Below the pieces are notes generated by a model. That model did not search any database, was not told the DNA's origin, and saw nothing but the letters and a program-made list of their open reading frames with translations. A program made the translations under genes and the position numbers. A stretch of DNA of 64,000 nt from Lama guanicoe (lineage: Eukaryota): the NCBI GenBank assembly GCA_013239625.1, contig MU055609.1, forward strand, positions 14,458,375 through 14,522,374, read 5' to 3'. Positions within the stretch are counted from its first letter, which is position 1; each line of letters starts with the position of its first letter. Below are positions 10,335 to 23,152 of the stretch, piece by piece.

Positions 10335-12115
10335 CTTTTACATCTTTAGATCAAGTAGGATGAGTCGTTTAACTTGGTTCTTTTTCAAAATTGTCTTGGC
10401 TATTTTAATACCTGTGTATATTCCTGTAACTTTTGAAATGAGCTTGTCGTTTTAGCAACAACAAAAATCTTGCTGGAGTTTTGATTGAGACTGCTTTAAA
10501 CCTATAGATCCATTTAGGTGTAACAGACATCTTAACAACATTGAGTGTTCCAGTTCATGAATATCCTTTCAGTTTCTTTATTTAGGTCTTCTTTATTTCA
10601 ACACTGATTTATACTGTTCAATATGGAGGATTTGCTTGTCTTTTTCTAAATCTATCTCTAAGTACTTTATGCTTTTTTATGCTATTATAAGTAAGTTTTT
10701 AATATTTCTTTTTTCCAATTGCTTACTGCTAATATACGGATACACAGTTGGTTTTTGTATATTGACTTTGTATCCTGCAAATATGTTAAGTTCTCTTATT
10801 AGTTTTAGTAGTTGTTTTGAGAATCCCTTAGGCACCACAAATAAAAGTAGTTTTACTTCCTCCTTTTCAGCCTTTGTAGCTTTCATTTCCTTATCTTGCC
10901 TTATTACACTGGCTAGGATTTCCAGTACAATGTTGGATAGAAATGATGAAAGCAAGCATCTTTGTATCATTCCTGAAGAGGTGAAAAGCATTAGTTCTTT
11001 CACTATTATGTATATTAACTGTAGGTTTATCATAGATGTCCTTTATCAGGCTAAGAAAAGTACCTTCTGTTCCTAGTTTGCAGAGAGGTGTTTTCGTTTT
11101 GTTTTTTAAGTCATAAATGGGTGTTGAATTTTGTCAAATGCTCTTTTTCTGTATATATTGAGATAATATTACAGTTTTTCTCCTTTATTCTGTTAATATG
11201 GTAAATTAAATTGATTGCTTTTTTTAAATATTAAGTTCTGCATTTCTAGAATAAACCGCACTTAATAATAATGTATTCTCTTTTTTACATATTGTTAGAC
11301 TTGATTTGATAATATTTTGCTAAGAATTTTTGCGTTTTTTTTCATGAGTGATGTTGAACTATAATTTCCTTCTTTTGTAATGTCTTTGTCAGGTTTTGGC
11401 ATCAGAGTTGTGTTAGGTAAGATTTATGTAAATTCTTTGCATGTAAATTCTTTGCCACTTTCCTTTGAGAGGTGGAGTTTAATTCTCTTCTTTTTTAATA
11501 TGGGCTACCTTAATGACTTACGTGACCAAGAGACATGCCCTTCCAAAGCTGGATCATAGAAGTTTGCAGCTTCTTCTCAGGCCTCTTGAAATATTCACAT
11601 TTAGAGCCTCAAGTTGCCATGTAGGAAATCCAACCACCCTGAGGCTACCATGCTGTGAGGGAACATGGTAACCAAGAGGCCATGTGGAGAGGGAAAGAAA
11701 GATGTCCATCTGGCTTCCAATTGTGACAGCCACCAGACATTTGAGTCACCCCAGCTGAGGCCCCAGACACCGTGGAACATAGGGCAAGCCAACTCACTGT
11801 GACCTGTCCAAATTCCTGACCCTAGAGCCATGAGACAGAATAATAATAAATTATCATTTTAAGTCACTACCTTTTGGGATAGTTGTGCAGAAGTAAATAA
11901 CCTGCAGAATCACTTATGCTGGGCTCATAAATGAATGGGGATACATTCCCTTCTCTTCTAGCTTCTGAAAAATTTTGTGTACAGTTGGTATTATTTCTTT
12001 CTTAAATATTTGGTAGAACTTACCAGTGAAACCTTCAAGGCAGGAAATTTTATATTATAAAATCAATTTCTTTAAGAGATATAGGCCTATCCAGAGTCTC
12101 CATTTTTTCTTATAG
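10335..12115 (-). mobile_element. L1 ORF2 (RT region) fragment inserted in L2 and itself split by an MLT1 LTR
   Basis: ORF 10677-11033(-) reads NIVLEILASVIRQDKEMK...KEEVKLLLF...FAGYKVNIQK, typical of L1 RT. The catalytic FADD segment is missing at ~10835. Confidence 0.92.
11440..11905 (+). mobile_element. MLT1 (F/G/H-type) LTR
   Basis: gaggtggagtttaattctcttc, gccatgtaggaaatccaaccaccctgaggctaccatgctgtgagg, cccagctgaggccccagacaccgtggaacatagg. Confidence 0.82.
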
Positions 12116-12610
12116 AATGGTCTTTTTAAATGTCAATAAATAATATCACTTGCCTTATGGAAACTTCCAATGGCTTCTCCTTGCACTAAGAATAAAATCC
12201 AAAGCCCTTTTCATAATCTGTAAGGCTCTTTATGATCTGGCTCCTGCCTGCTTTACAGATCTCACCTGCATCTACATTCCTGATATTCATGGGAATGATT
12301 CTTTAATGTCATTTAGATTTCAGCCTAAGTGTCACCTCCTTAGGGAGGCCTTTTTAACCAACAAGTCAAAATAATCTCCTCAATCATTCTATATCATATT
12401 ATCCACTAAAAATGTGTAGCATTTATCACTATCTGACATTATCTTTATTATTAGTTAACTCATTATTTCTACCTAGTCTCCATACCTTTCTGGAATTTCA
12501 GGTCTTTGTGGCAGTGACCTTTTTGTTTGGGCTTATTCACAGCTGCACCCTTAGAGTCTAGAACATCTTGTCATAGAAGGTGATAAATACACATTTACTA
12601 AATTGTTGAC
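12115..12610 (+). mobile_element. L2 3' portion
   Basis: cttccaatggcttctccttgcactaagaataaaatccaaa; tgtcacctccttagggaggcc. Confidence 0.82.
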
Positions 12611-13149
12611 TTGCTGCCCTGGAACCCCCAGCCCTGACCTGGGTATATGTGTTGACAAAATGCCAGAGAAGGCGAATTAAACAGTCTTGGCCTCTGCTCT
12701 GATTGGCCCCTGAAAATAGCCAGCATCACGTACAAGAACAGGCAGTTCCCAGTGGCTACACCTGCCCACAGGATTTTTCTCCTACCAGTCCCGACTCTAG
12801 CCTAGCTCTCTTCCATCACCAGCAGTTGGGAAGTAGCTTAGGGGCTATTTAGGAGAAGCAATCCAGGTACAGCCCCTGGGATCAAAGATGTGGCTCTCAG
12901 TTCTAGTTCAGAAGCCCCTCAGTCCATGTGTGCCTTTGAAAAAAATCACTTCCTCCCTCCAGCTTCCACCTGACACACTGTAGATGCTCAGTCCTTCCTG
13001 AATAAAGATCCATTCCATGCTTATATTTCAATGATTCCCTCTTACCCCATGCCCTTGTTATAGATGAGGACACTGAGACACAGAGAGGCTAAGTGGCTCT
13101 ACCAGTGCCACACAGTAAGTTACTGGTGGTGCTGGAGCTCATAGATTTT

Positions 13150-13430
13150 TCCCCTCAATTATGATCCTCCCGACAAGGGCATCAGTTTCAGAGATTAACA
13201 GCTGCAAATGATGGCATCAAGTCGGCTGCCCCAGCAGCTCTCCGAAGTGCATCTCCAATTCAGGTTTATCTTCATTAAGCAAGTAATTCATTACCGGGCG
13301 GTAAGCATTCACATCAGAGTGAGAATATTAAAAAAGTAATTATATTTTTCACAGTGCAGCTTTCTGGGTAAATTGTATGCAAATTGCTGTCTAAATCAGG
13401 CTGGCAGAGCCCATGCAAATCTCGGTGCTC
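13150..13430. promoter_or_regulatory. Candidate conserved enhancer (POU octamers, SOX-like site, homeodomain cores, E-box)
   Basis: ATGCAAAT at 13377-13384 and 13413-13420; ATTGT abutting the first octamer; CAGCTG 13199-13204; several TAAT/ATTA cores; six retained CpGs; no recognisable common repeat. Confidence 0.5.
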
Positions 13431-14959
13431 TTTAGGGGGCTATTTTGGAGGTTGGACTAGTCACCTTCTGCTCACCTCAATGAGTGTCCAGCATGGGATC
13501 TTGCAGTCAGTCAAAGAAAGCTCAAATATAATAGCAATTATTATTTCTTAACTCCAGCAAGCCTCAGTTTCTTGATCTGTAAAATGGGACTCCTACTAGG
13601 ACTAAATAAAGGAATGGAGAAGACAATCTCTAGCATAGAACCTGCCTGACATGGACATAAGAGAGGCACATGGCCTTAGAACATGGCAAGACAGCTTCAA
13701 GGAGGATGGGGCTGTACCGATGAGGCACTGACACAGGCGCAGAGAGAGGGTGGGAGCAGCTGCTAGGGTGGGGCAAGGGGACACTGGTGAGGTATCAGGA
13801 GGCCTAGTTTCCTTCTCATCCTGACTCTGCCACCAATTCACTGTGTGACCCCAAAATCACCTTTTCTCCCCTCTAAGCTGTGCTTAATACTCAGCCATAT
13901 AATTAAGCCCTGAGCAATGATCACTCAGCAGGTGCACACCATCCCCCAGATGGCACTGACCTCCAACCTCCAGGAGGGAGAAGGTCCATGCTGGAACAGG
14001 GTGCTTGAAGAGCAAACACAGTAATTCTCTCCACTTACAGGTGAGAAAAACAAGCCCAGAGAAGGGTGTGATTGACCCAAGGTCACACAGCAGGTACGTA
14101 ATGGAGTCAGGAGCAGAATCCCACACCAAGGGAGTTCTAATACATACTGTTAATACCCATCTGTCAAGTGGGCACAAGTAAAGGCCTGTATTGGAAACTG
14201 TAAAATGTGTTTTGCAGTTTTGGTATCGTCAACTTTATGTCAGGGTTGGAATATAATCCTGGGATACGATCTGAGGCAGATTACTTCCTGTCTGAACCTC
14301 AGTTTCTCCACTTTGTCAAATGAGGTTGTTGGAAGAGATATCTCTATGGACACCTCCCATGAAATTAGAAGGGGAGGATTTTAATGACATCTTTCCCCTC
14401 CCCTCCCTCTGAGAGATGCCCTGGGACTGCCCCGGGACCTAGAGGCAGATGTGGCCAGGCCTGCCCAAGGACTTGGTGCCAGTTCCCAGCCCACACACTG
14501 GAAAGCTGCTGGCAGTGATGGTTTAGGAAGATGCAGTGTCCTTGTGATGGGGGATCACCAGCTACAAAGCTCCAGCAGCCCAGAGCCCCAAGCCATAGGG
14601 CCAAAGCTACCCCAGAAACAGTCTCAAATACAGTCACACAGTTCTACACAAATGTGGCTACAATGAGGCACAGCGCTATTTGAGGGGCCATGGCTCTGCC
14701 TGGAGCTACATCCAGACACACATTCAGGCTGGGTTCTCAGACAGGAAGATACAACCAGATATGGTTACACCGGGTAACACCTTCGCAACTAAATCGGGTA
14801 GTGGCCACCCGGCGCAGCACACCCAGGCCATGGATTGCACTGCAGTCACACTAGAATATCAGTGACATCCAGACATAGACCCCTCTGAGAGAACACATGC
14901 CTCCTCTCTGACCCAGCTCCTATTCACAAACCCTCACCCGGGCAGACCCTCAATTCCAC

Positions 14960-15070
14960 ACTCGTGGGGCTACCGAAAGGTATTCCCACCACCCCTCGAT
15001 CGCAAGTTCCAGGCTGCGCACGCGAGCACCTGCCTCTGCGCATGTGCAGACACGTGCTGCTACGGCGCCT
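14960..15070. promoter_or_regulatory. CpG cluster with two NRF1-like motifs and a CACGTG E-box
   Basis: TGCGCACGCG 15015-15024, TGCGCATGTGCA 15037-15048, CACGTG 15051-15056. Confidence 0.4.
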
Positions 15071-17899
15071 GTATCTGTGAGGTCCTTCGTTCTCACGTCT
15101 TTCTCAGGAATTACTGCAGAACATCCAGGACTTTAGAGAATGACCAAGCCATAGCTCTTGCTTCATCCCCACCTTGACATCTCTGAGACACTGCCCAGGC
15201 AGCAGCCAACCTCAGACCGACCCAGTCAGTCCTCCTACGTCCTTCACGGAGGCTGGGGGGAGGGGGGTGTTTAGGCCCAGCATGGACTTTCAGAGCTTTC
15301 TCCTGGCTGTGAAAATCTTCCCAGGCTTTGGGAATTTCCTCTCTGCCTGGCCTTTCTTTAACTCGTCTTTCTGGAAGAAGCTCAAGGCTCCCCCAGAAGC
15401 CTTTCATGACTGTGCCTGGCATGGTCAAGTCTTGACCCAGGTTCATAATCCTGGCTCCTGTGCTCCTACACACTGAGTGACCCTGAGCCATCTGTTCTCT
15501 CTAGGCCTCAGTTTCTCCCTCTGCACCATGAGAGTGAATGGCGGGGGTCAGGGGGAACGGATGAATACAGCACTGAATGAAGTTTCAAAGGCTCCCTCTG
15601 GTCTCAGATTTCTTGGACCAGGGCTCGTGACTGAGGCATCCAGAACCCAACCCCAGTCTCCTGACAACTGCTCTAGTGTTCTTATCCCACTCTGGGCTGC
15701 TGATCCCAGGTTCCCAGCAAAGGCAGAGTAGAAAGTGCAGTGACATTCAAACAAGAGAGATAAAGCTGCGGACACACACTGTGCTTAAGGTCAGGAATTT
15801 CCATTTGGAACTGCAGCTTCTCCAGAGTCTGATCTACCAGAGTCACTTAACAAACATTTGCTAAAACCAATCTAACCCACTCCTTCCTAGCTGTGTAGCC
15901 TTGGGCAGGCACCTTGGTGTCTCTGAGTTTTCTCTTACTGTCTTCCACTGTAAGACAGGGATAACCACTCACTCCTGGTTACAGGTGGTCATAAGGGCTC
16001 TGCGTGAGAAGGGGCACCGCCTGCCCCAGAGGACCCCGCCAAGAGGCATCTCCCCTCCTCTTTCCAGGATTGGGACCCCCTGGAGCCTGCCTGGCTTAGG
16101 GAGGAAGGCTTCCTATAGGAACACAATGGGGAGAAGGGTCAGAGGAGCATCTTGACAGAGCTTGGGCTGATGGGAGCAGCTTGCTTCTCATTCTTGCCAT
16201 ACCAAGGGCACAGCAAAGTCCTGAGCAGGCAGCTGGGCTAGGGGGAAATGAAAGGGAGATACATACACTCACCAGTTCACCCACAGATACAGGGAATCCT
16301 AGCCTCAGAGGTCATTAGCCGTAAAGCATCCACCAAGGAAGGAATGCACCCCCATCAGCCCTGGCAGCCATCCGCTGACCCGGAATACATTGCTCACTGC
16401 CTCCCAGGGCTGCCCATTCCGTGGCCTGGCACTTGCTGAGTTAAGCTTGCCTCCCTGGAGATTCCTTCTCTTGGTCCCAGCTCTGCCTTCCATGGCCGCA
16501 TGAATACATCTGCTCCTTCTGCCTCGTGACAGCCCCAGGACCCGCAGACCAACCCAAGGCCTCACCCCCGCCCTGCACCTCCTGGACCTTCTTCACAGGC
16601 CAGACAGCAATTCAGCTGTTGCTTCTATAACAGGGATCTGAATCCTCTCACCTGCTCAGACATGTCCCTCTGCATCTAGGCACGTGCTGACGTATGCACA
16701 TACACATACACGCGCTCACACTGGGCCTCCTCCAGGATATGGTCCATCTCAGAAGGGCACCTAAACCCTCTCCTGCCCAGAGGCTGCTCCCCCTGGAAGA
16801 CAAGGAGCAGGGAGAGATGGAGACAGCCTGAGAGGCCACATCTCCCACGGGGNNNNNNNNNNNNNNNNNNNNNNNNNNNNNNNNNNNNNNNNNNNNNNNN
16901 NNNNNNNNNNNNNNNNNNNNNNNNNNNNNNNNNNNNNNNNNNNNNNNNNNNNNNNNNNNNNNNNNNNNNNNNNNNNNNNNNNNNNNNNNNNNNNNNNNNN
17001 NNNNNNNNNNNNNNNNNNNNNNNNNNNNNNNNNNNNNNNNNNNNNNNNNNNNNNNNACCCGCCACGACTGCCACAGCTGCCTGCCCCTCCCCGGGAAGGG
17101 AGACAGCGTTGCCTGTGCTATTTAGGGCTCCGGACCTCAGGCTGGGAGTCAGGAGCTGGGCCACACGAGGGGAGGGTCTGGCCTTCGGGGGGTGTGCCCC
17201 TCCTGCCTGTGGGTCCACTGGGGGCAGCAGAGCCTGGAGACCTGGGCACTCCTCTGGGCACCATCACAAGTCACTCAGTGACCTTGAGAAAGACACTCCC
17301 CACCTCTGGATTTCAGTGCCCTCTTCTGTAAATGGGATATGAGGGGCTGGGGGGGCACGGAGGAAGGTGACTTGATCTCTCAAGACTGTGAGGGGAAGAA
17401 GCAGGAGCACCGGGGTCAGGTAACTTCGGTTCACATCCTGACTAGCGGAATAGCTGTGGTCAAGCGAGTTCTCTTTTCTCCTCCACACCTCTAGGAAGAG
17501 GAAATTAGGCCTCACAGGATTACCGTGGAGATTCAGTGAGCTGGGGAATGTAAAGGCCTAGCAGTAAAGAAATGTTTCACCCTCTCAGGGCCCCCATCCC
17601 TGTGCTCTTGGATTCAAGGTATTGGTCAAGGAACTGTATTTAGACCTAGTCTTTCTCTGCTCAGGACTGCTAAGTGCAGGCACAAAAATGCTGGGACTGC
17701 AGTGATAGAGGGCAGACAGAAAAGATGGAGCAGGCAGGAACGGAGGAGTCATCTCTGTCTCTTTGTCTCAGATGACGTCACCATCCTGAAGTCAGAGAGA
17801 GTAGGAATGGGAGCCAGGCTAATGGAAACAATGAGGGGTCAGGGATGACATGAGGGAGAGAGAGAGGCACTGATGGGTCAACGCCATCATTCATTGGTT

Positions 17900-18600
17900 A
17901 GCACATCAGGAGAGGGGATAGGTGAGAACCAGGCAAGTGGCTAGAGCCTTGGGAGGTGGCTGCAAAGACAGAAGCAGAAAGACAAGCCTGAAGCCACTGC
18001 AGTGATCCAGGCAAGAGATGAGGGATGCTGGGACTGATTTTGAGCAGGAGTCGAGGGATGACTCCAAGGTCTTTGGTCTGAGCACCTGGAGATTACCATT
18101 TATAGAGTTATCATTTATCGAGTTTGAGTAACTGTCAGGGAAGAAGGTTGGATGCGGCAATTAGGAGACTGTCAAAGGTTTAAGATGCCTAATAGAAGTC
18201 CAGGTGGAACTGTGGAGCAAACAGGTGGATCCATAAGTCTAGAGCCCAGGGAACAGATCTGGGCTGAAGAAATCCACTTGGGACTTGAGAGTCACAGCAG
18301 AGAGAGAGCACCTAAAACCATAAGCTTGGAGGAGCTCCCCTGAGAAAGAGAAGAGGTACAAGGATCAAACTTGGAGCACTGCAACATTAAAAAGTTGGGG
18401 GGATGAGGGGAACCAACACTGGAGACTGAGCAAGGGAGGTCCATCAGGGAAGAAGAAAGTCAGGCCAGCATGGCGTCTGAGAAGACAAACACAGCGAGTC
18501 TCAAGGAAGAGGCAGTGATCACCTGTGTTAAGGGTAAGACGGAGATTGAGAACTGGCCAATGACAATGTGGAGTAAATATTTGTTGGGTGAATAAATCAG
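17900..18600 (-). mobile_element. L2 fragments
   Basis: gatgactccaaggtctttggtctgagcacctgg and caaacttggagcactgcaacattaaaa are antisense L2. Confidence 0.75.
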
Positions 18601-20211
18601 GAATAAATTGAAATTTCATCAGTAGAACTGGGGTGCTGGATGGGACCTGGCCTCATGGATGGTGAACAAGGCGATGCAAGTTCAGCAGGAGTCAAGAAAG
18701 CTTGGGATCAAGCCTCCAAAACCACACTGGAGGGCCTAAACCCTTCCAGCCTCAGGCCAGGTGGGACTGGCCCTGGGAGCTGGAAGGAGACCCACTGCAG
18801 GTAAATCAGGTGATGGCAGTTATGGGGGAGGTGGGCTTTAGAGCCAGGCAGGACCCAAGGTCAAGTCCAGACCACAGATTCAGAAGCAGAGAATTCAAAT
18901 GCCACAGAAGTTTGCTAAGAATGTGTTATGTGCCAGGCACTGTGCAGAGCATAGAGAGGAGACCCCAAAGGCATAACACGTGGTCTTTCCTGGAGGCATT
19001 CCCCATCTAATGCCATCTAATGGGGAGAGAGACAATTAGATGGATGACCCAGGTGCATGATGGACAGGCCAACCTTTCATGACGCTTTTAAGTGCCCAGA
19101 CAAGCTCCTGAAACCCAGGTCCTACCAGGCCACATGAAAAGATTACCTTACTACTGAAGGGCTCTTCTGAGCCATCCAGGTTTTAAGTTTCTGAATTCTG
19201 ACCTCACTTCTTAATTCTTTTGATTTTGGCCTCACCCTCTGGATGTGACCCTTGGGGTCTGTTTAAGCCCTGACACTTTAAAGCAGCCATCCAGATAAGC
19301 CCCTGTGGATTGCGGACCCAACTAGGGCTCCTGGCCAGCCTCCTAGATGTCTCTGGCTTGTTCTGAACCTGCTCGCACACCAGTCCTGTCCCAGTCATGC
19401 ATCCTTTGTGTGGGCTGACTCGGGATCTTGACTTTGTGGGTCACACACAAGCGTCTCCACTTCAGACAACTTCAGCTAATGGCCCTCACTCTAGGCAGCC
19501 CCTTCAGGCTCAATCCCCAGGCCCCATATCATGCCATAGTTGAATCTGAGCATCATTTTCCCAACTCTGTCCTTGGCTCAACAAGGAGCTGATTCTCCTT
19601 CCTGCCCACTAGACATGTCCACTCAGCTCTGGAGCCCTCCTGGCCCCCACCCCTCTGAGCAGCACACCCACTCTGCCTAACCCCATCCCTGAGGTGGAAG
19701 ATGATGGTACAGGAGAAAACCAATGGCAGTGGGGGCACAGGAGGGGACAGGATTGAGAGTTCTGGGGCCTCTTCCTGAGTGTGGTACATCCAGGCTGGGT
19801 GGGTGGGTTTTGGACAAGTGCAGATATTGCTGTGGGGGCTAGGGGAAGGCGTCCCAGGTGGAGGGGTGACCACTAGCAAAAACATGAGGAATGAGGGAAT
19901 GGTCTTCCTAGGGAAAAGGTGTAGGGAGATGCCACCCAGGATGGAGATGGGTGCCCAGAGAGAAGAGGCTGGAAGGAAGTGGGTTACAGCCACCAGCTAC
20001 AGCCTAGACGCTGCCAAGTGCAGCTTTATGCAGAAAGTCCTCTGATTTTTCTAAAGCTTGCCCTGAGACTGGTCAGCTACCTAGTAAAGATCCCCTTAGC
20101 GCCCAGACCTGGTGTTTCTGGCTGTATGACCCAGCGCTTTCCATCCAGGAGACACTCAAGTCAGGTTCCAAAGGCCTTGCCAGGTCTCTTGGGATAAGAT
20201 GGAGGTTGAGT

Positions 20212-20301
20212 TGGGAAGGTATAGTTCAGTGGTAGAATGGGTGCTTAGTATGCACGAGGTCCTGTGTTCAATCCCCAGTACCTCCATTAAAAAAAAAAAA
20301 A
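20212..20301 (+). mobile_element. Vic-1-type SINE, short form
   Basis: tRNA-Ala-like body followed by poly(A). Exact 14-bp TSD gatggaggttgagt (20198-20211 / 20303-20316). Confidence 0.93.
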
Positions 20302-23152
20302 GGATGGAGGTTGAGTCTCTGAATAATTCCCCAGCTTACTGCATCTGCATCTCCCCTGGAGCCTAGAGTCAGGGTCTCTCTTGTTTAAAGAAAGAGACTG
20401 AAGTCATCAGCTTATAGATGATCTTGGAAGAGAAATCGTGTAAAGGGAGAGAAGCAGAAGATCCTATCTGGAGAGCTGGCGAAGGGAATCACTGATGGAA
20501 CAGAGGTTGAGGTTGAAGTTGAGGGAAGAAGACACACAGAAGCTTAGGGCACAGGATCAGGATTGGAGTGGACCTTCAGGGTATCCTGTTCACCCTTGTA
20601 CAATGCAGGAGTCCCTTCTCCTCATCCATGCATCCTCCACGTGCACGCCTCCATTTTATCCTTGGGCAGCTCTGAATTTTCCTAAGTCTGAATTCGCGGT
20701 TCCACTCAAGGTCAGAGTTCTGTAACTGAGGTGCCACATAAATGGTTCCATTTCCCCCTTCACACTACAGCCTTGCAGGGATTGGAGAATACAGAACCCA
20801 GCATCTGCCCCCTGAGGATTTTCTTTCTCATGAGGTGGCTGAACCAGCTCGGGAGCCAACCCATGGGCTTGTAGTCAAGTCTTGCATCTTGGGTCGCTAT
20901 CTGGAGAGCAGGCAGAGCAGCGTTTAGCAGGAGCGTGTGCCCAGAGGTATATGTGACTTGTACTACATGTACACTTGTGGCTGGGGGTTTTCAGGGGTGC
21001 AGACCAGCTTTGTGTCTGCATGTAAGGAAAAGCATCTCTTCATAAGTGCCTGGGCAAGGGTCGTGTGTAAGCACTTGACCACACGTGAGTATTTATGACT
21101 GTGGACTATATAAGTAGGAGTGCCCATGACCATCTGCTAATGAAGGGCTGTGTGTGTATGATTGACTGTGATCACAGGTGTGATTCTGCACGTGAAGGAC
21201 TTGCCAGGACTCTGTGTGGATGTGACCAGCCAGCCAGGTATGTGTGGGTCTGTGGCTCTGGTTAGACTATCTCTGAGTGTCTGGTTGTGACTTTGTGTGT
21301 GAAACTCATGTGTGCGACAGATTGGAATTTAATGCATATATGAGACTGTGTTTGTGACAGATTGTAATTTAATGTGTGTGAGAGACTGGCTGGGGCCGTG
21401 AGTGTGCAAGAGACTGTTCCAAATGTGCCTGTGTGCGAGGACATGGTTGTGTGCCTACGTGCTTGGATGCATCCGTGTGGCTGTGTCAGTGCCGGTGGCT
21501 GTGTGTGTGACTGTGGCTCTGTGTGTGTGATGATGAGGCAATGTGTCTGTGACTCTCTTCTGTGGGAATGTGTGTGCATGAATGGCTATGACTAAGTGCA
21601 AATAAAGGTGCCTGNNNNNNNNNNNNNNNNNNNNNNNNNNNNNNNNNNNNNNNNNNNNNNNNNNNNNNNNNNNNNNNNNNNNNNNNNNNNNNNNNNNNNN
21701 NNNNNNNNNNNNNNNNNNNNNNNNNNNNNNNNNNNNNNNNNNNNNNNNNNNNNNNNNNNNNNNNNNNNNNNNNNNNNNNNNNNNNNNNNNNNNNNNNNNN
21801 NNNNNNNNNNNNNNNNNNNNNNNNNNNNNNNNNNNNNNNNNNNNNNNNNNNNNNNNNNNNNNNNNNNNNNNNNNNNNNNNNNNNNNNNNNNNNNNNNNNN
21901 NNNNNNNNNNNNNNNNNNNNNNNNNNNNNNNNNNNNNNNNNNNNNNNNNNNNNNNNNNNNNNNNNNNNNNNNNNNNNNAAGTCTCACGTACATAGATAGG
22001 TAAATAGATAACCAAGTGGGGGAGAGGGGGCGCTGGAGGGGGAAGGAGGGTCTGATCCAAACACGCTGTCATCTCCAGCTCAAATAATCGCCTTTCAGGA
22101 GGAGGAGCCAGACAGACATCTGTCTCATTTGGGGCAACCCTAGCTTCAAATCCTTCATCGCTGGATATCCTGGGGTGGAGGGGGAGACCTCCTGGGCCCA
22201 CTGCAGACTGCTTGGGCTTTCCTTAGGGGTGTTTGGGGGCATAAATTTGGGCAAGATGCCAGGAAGTGCGTGGCAGAAAGATGGTAGGATTAAGTGCCAG
22301 GAGGCCCAGATTCGAACCCCAGTTCGAATCCATGGGGTGATCTTTGTTCCCATCTCTGTGCTTTGTTTCCTCTAACTGTAAAACAGGAGTCTGATCTAGA
22401 TCCTCTAAAAAGCCAGTCCAAAGGCCTCAGTCCTGGTCCCAGCAGGTGCTTGAATCACAACAATCCGCATTCACTCACTGACCTGGATTCATGAAGAAGA
22501 AAAGCCTGAAGCATCTCCAACATCTCAGAACTGGCAACAAAGCTAGCCTGCCGTCTAGTCCAACCAGCACTTCTGCTCAGCGTTCCTATCATGTGAGCGC
22601 ACACGCATAGCGATAGGAAGTTCACTGCTCTCTTTTCCTTTTTACAAAATGAATATACCTTGAAGTTTTTTGCTCGTTCTTGGGGTTCAAGATGGTATTT
22701 GAAGCACATGCAACCCCTCCCCTTCTTCTTCAAACTTCATTACATAATAGAAAGATATGTAAAAAGAATACATCCATATCAGCCCAAGAAAACTAGAAAG
22801 TATGGCATCGTGGTAGATCAGAAAAATCTGAAGAGTTTCTGGGAGATAAAAAGCAGACAGAATCAGATTTGTGGAGGAAAACAGAGTGGTTAAAATCAGC
22901 ACTGAAGAAATTGGCTAAAGAGATGTAAACTGTTCTTTCCGACAGAGCCTTGGAGAGACTCCAAGTACAGGGAGTAGGGAGCAGGCCACAGTGCAAATAT
23001 CAGGTAAAAAAAACTGTTGAATTAAATTAGCAAGTGACTGGTCAGCCCCTTCCTCTCCCAATGTGTATAGAATGATTGGCTGTGGGTTTTGCCCCTGATA
23101 TAGAAGCCGGGTGGACTGCTTTCTAAATAACATGAAAGATTTACCTTAGGAG

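Noticed and set aside
10677-11033. Reverse-transcriptase-like ORF
   Set aside because: It is a dead L1 fragment lacking the catalytic motif and surrounded by stops and frameshifts; no sign of a domesticated gene or a retron-like system.
12843-12853. MEF2-like gctatttagg (similar at 13439 and 17117)
   Set aside because: None matches the full YTA(A/T)4TAR consensus.
21455-22201. 248-aa ORF and other X-containing ORFs
   Set aside because: Their length is an artefact of reading through N-runs.
22040-22210. Possible exon (ISSDEGFEARVAPNETDVCLAPPPERRLFELEMTAC, minus strand)
   Set aside because: No recognisable homologue and no convincing splice-site pair.
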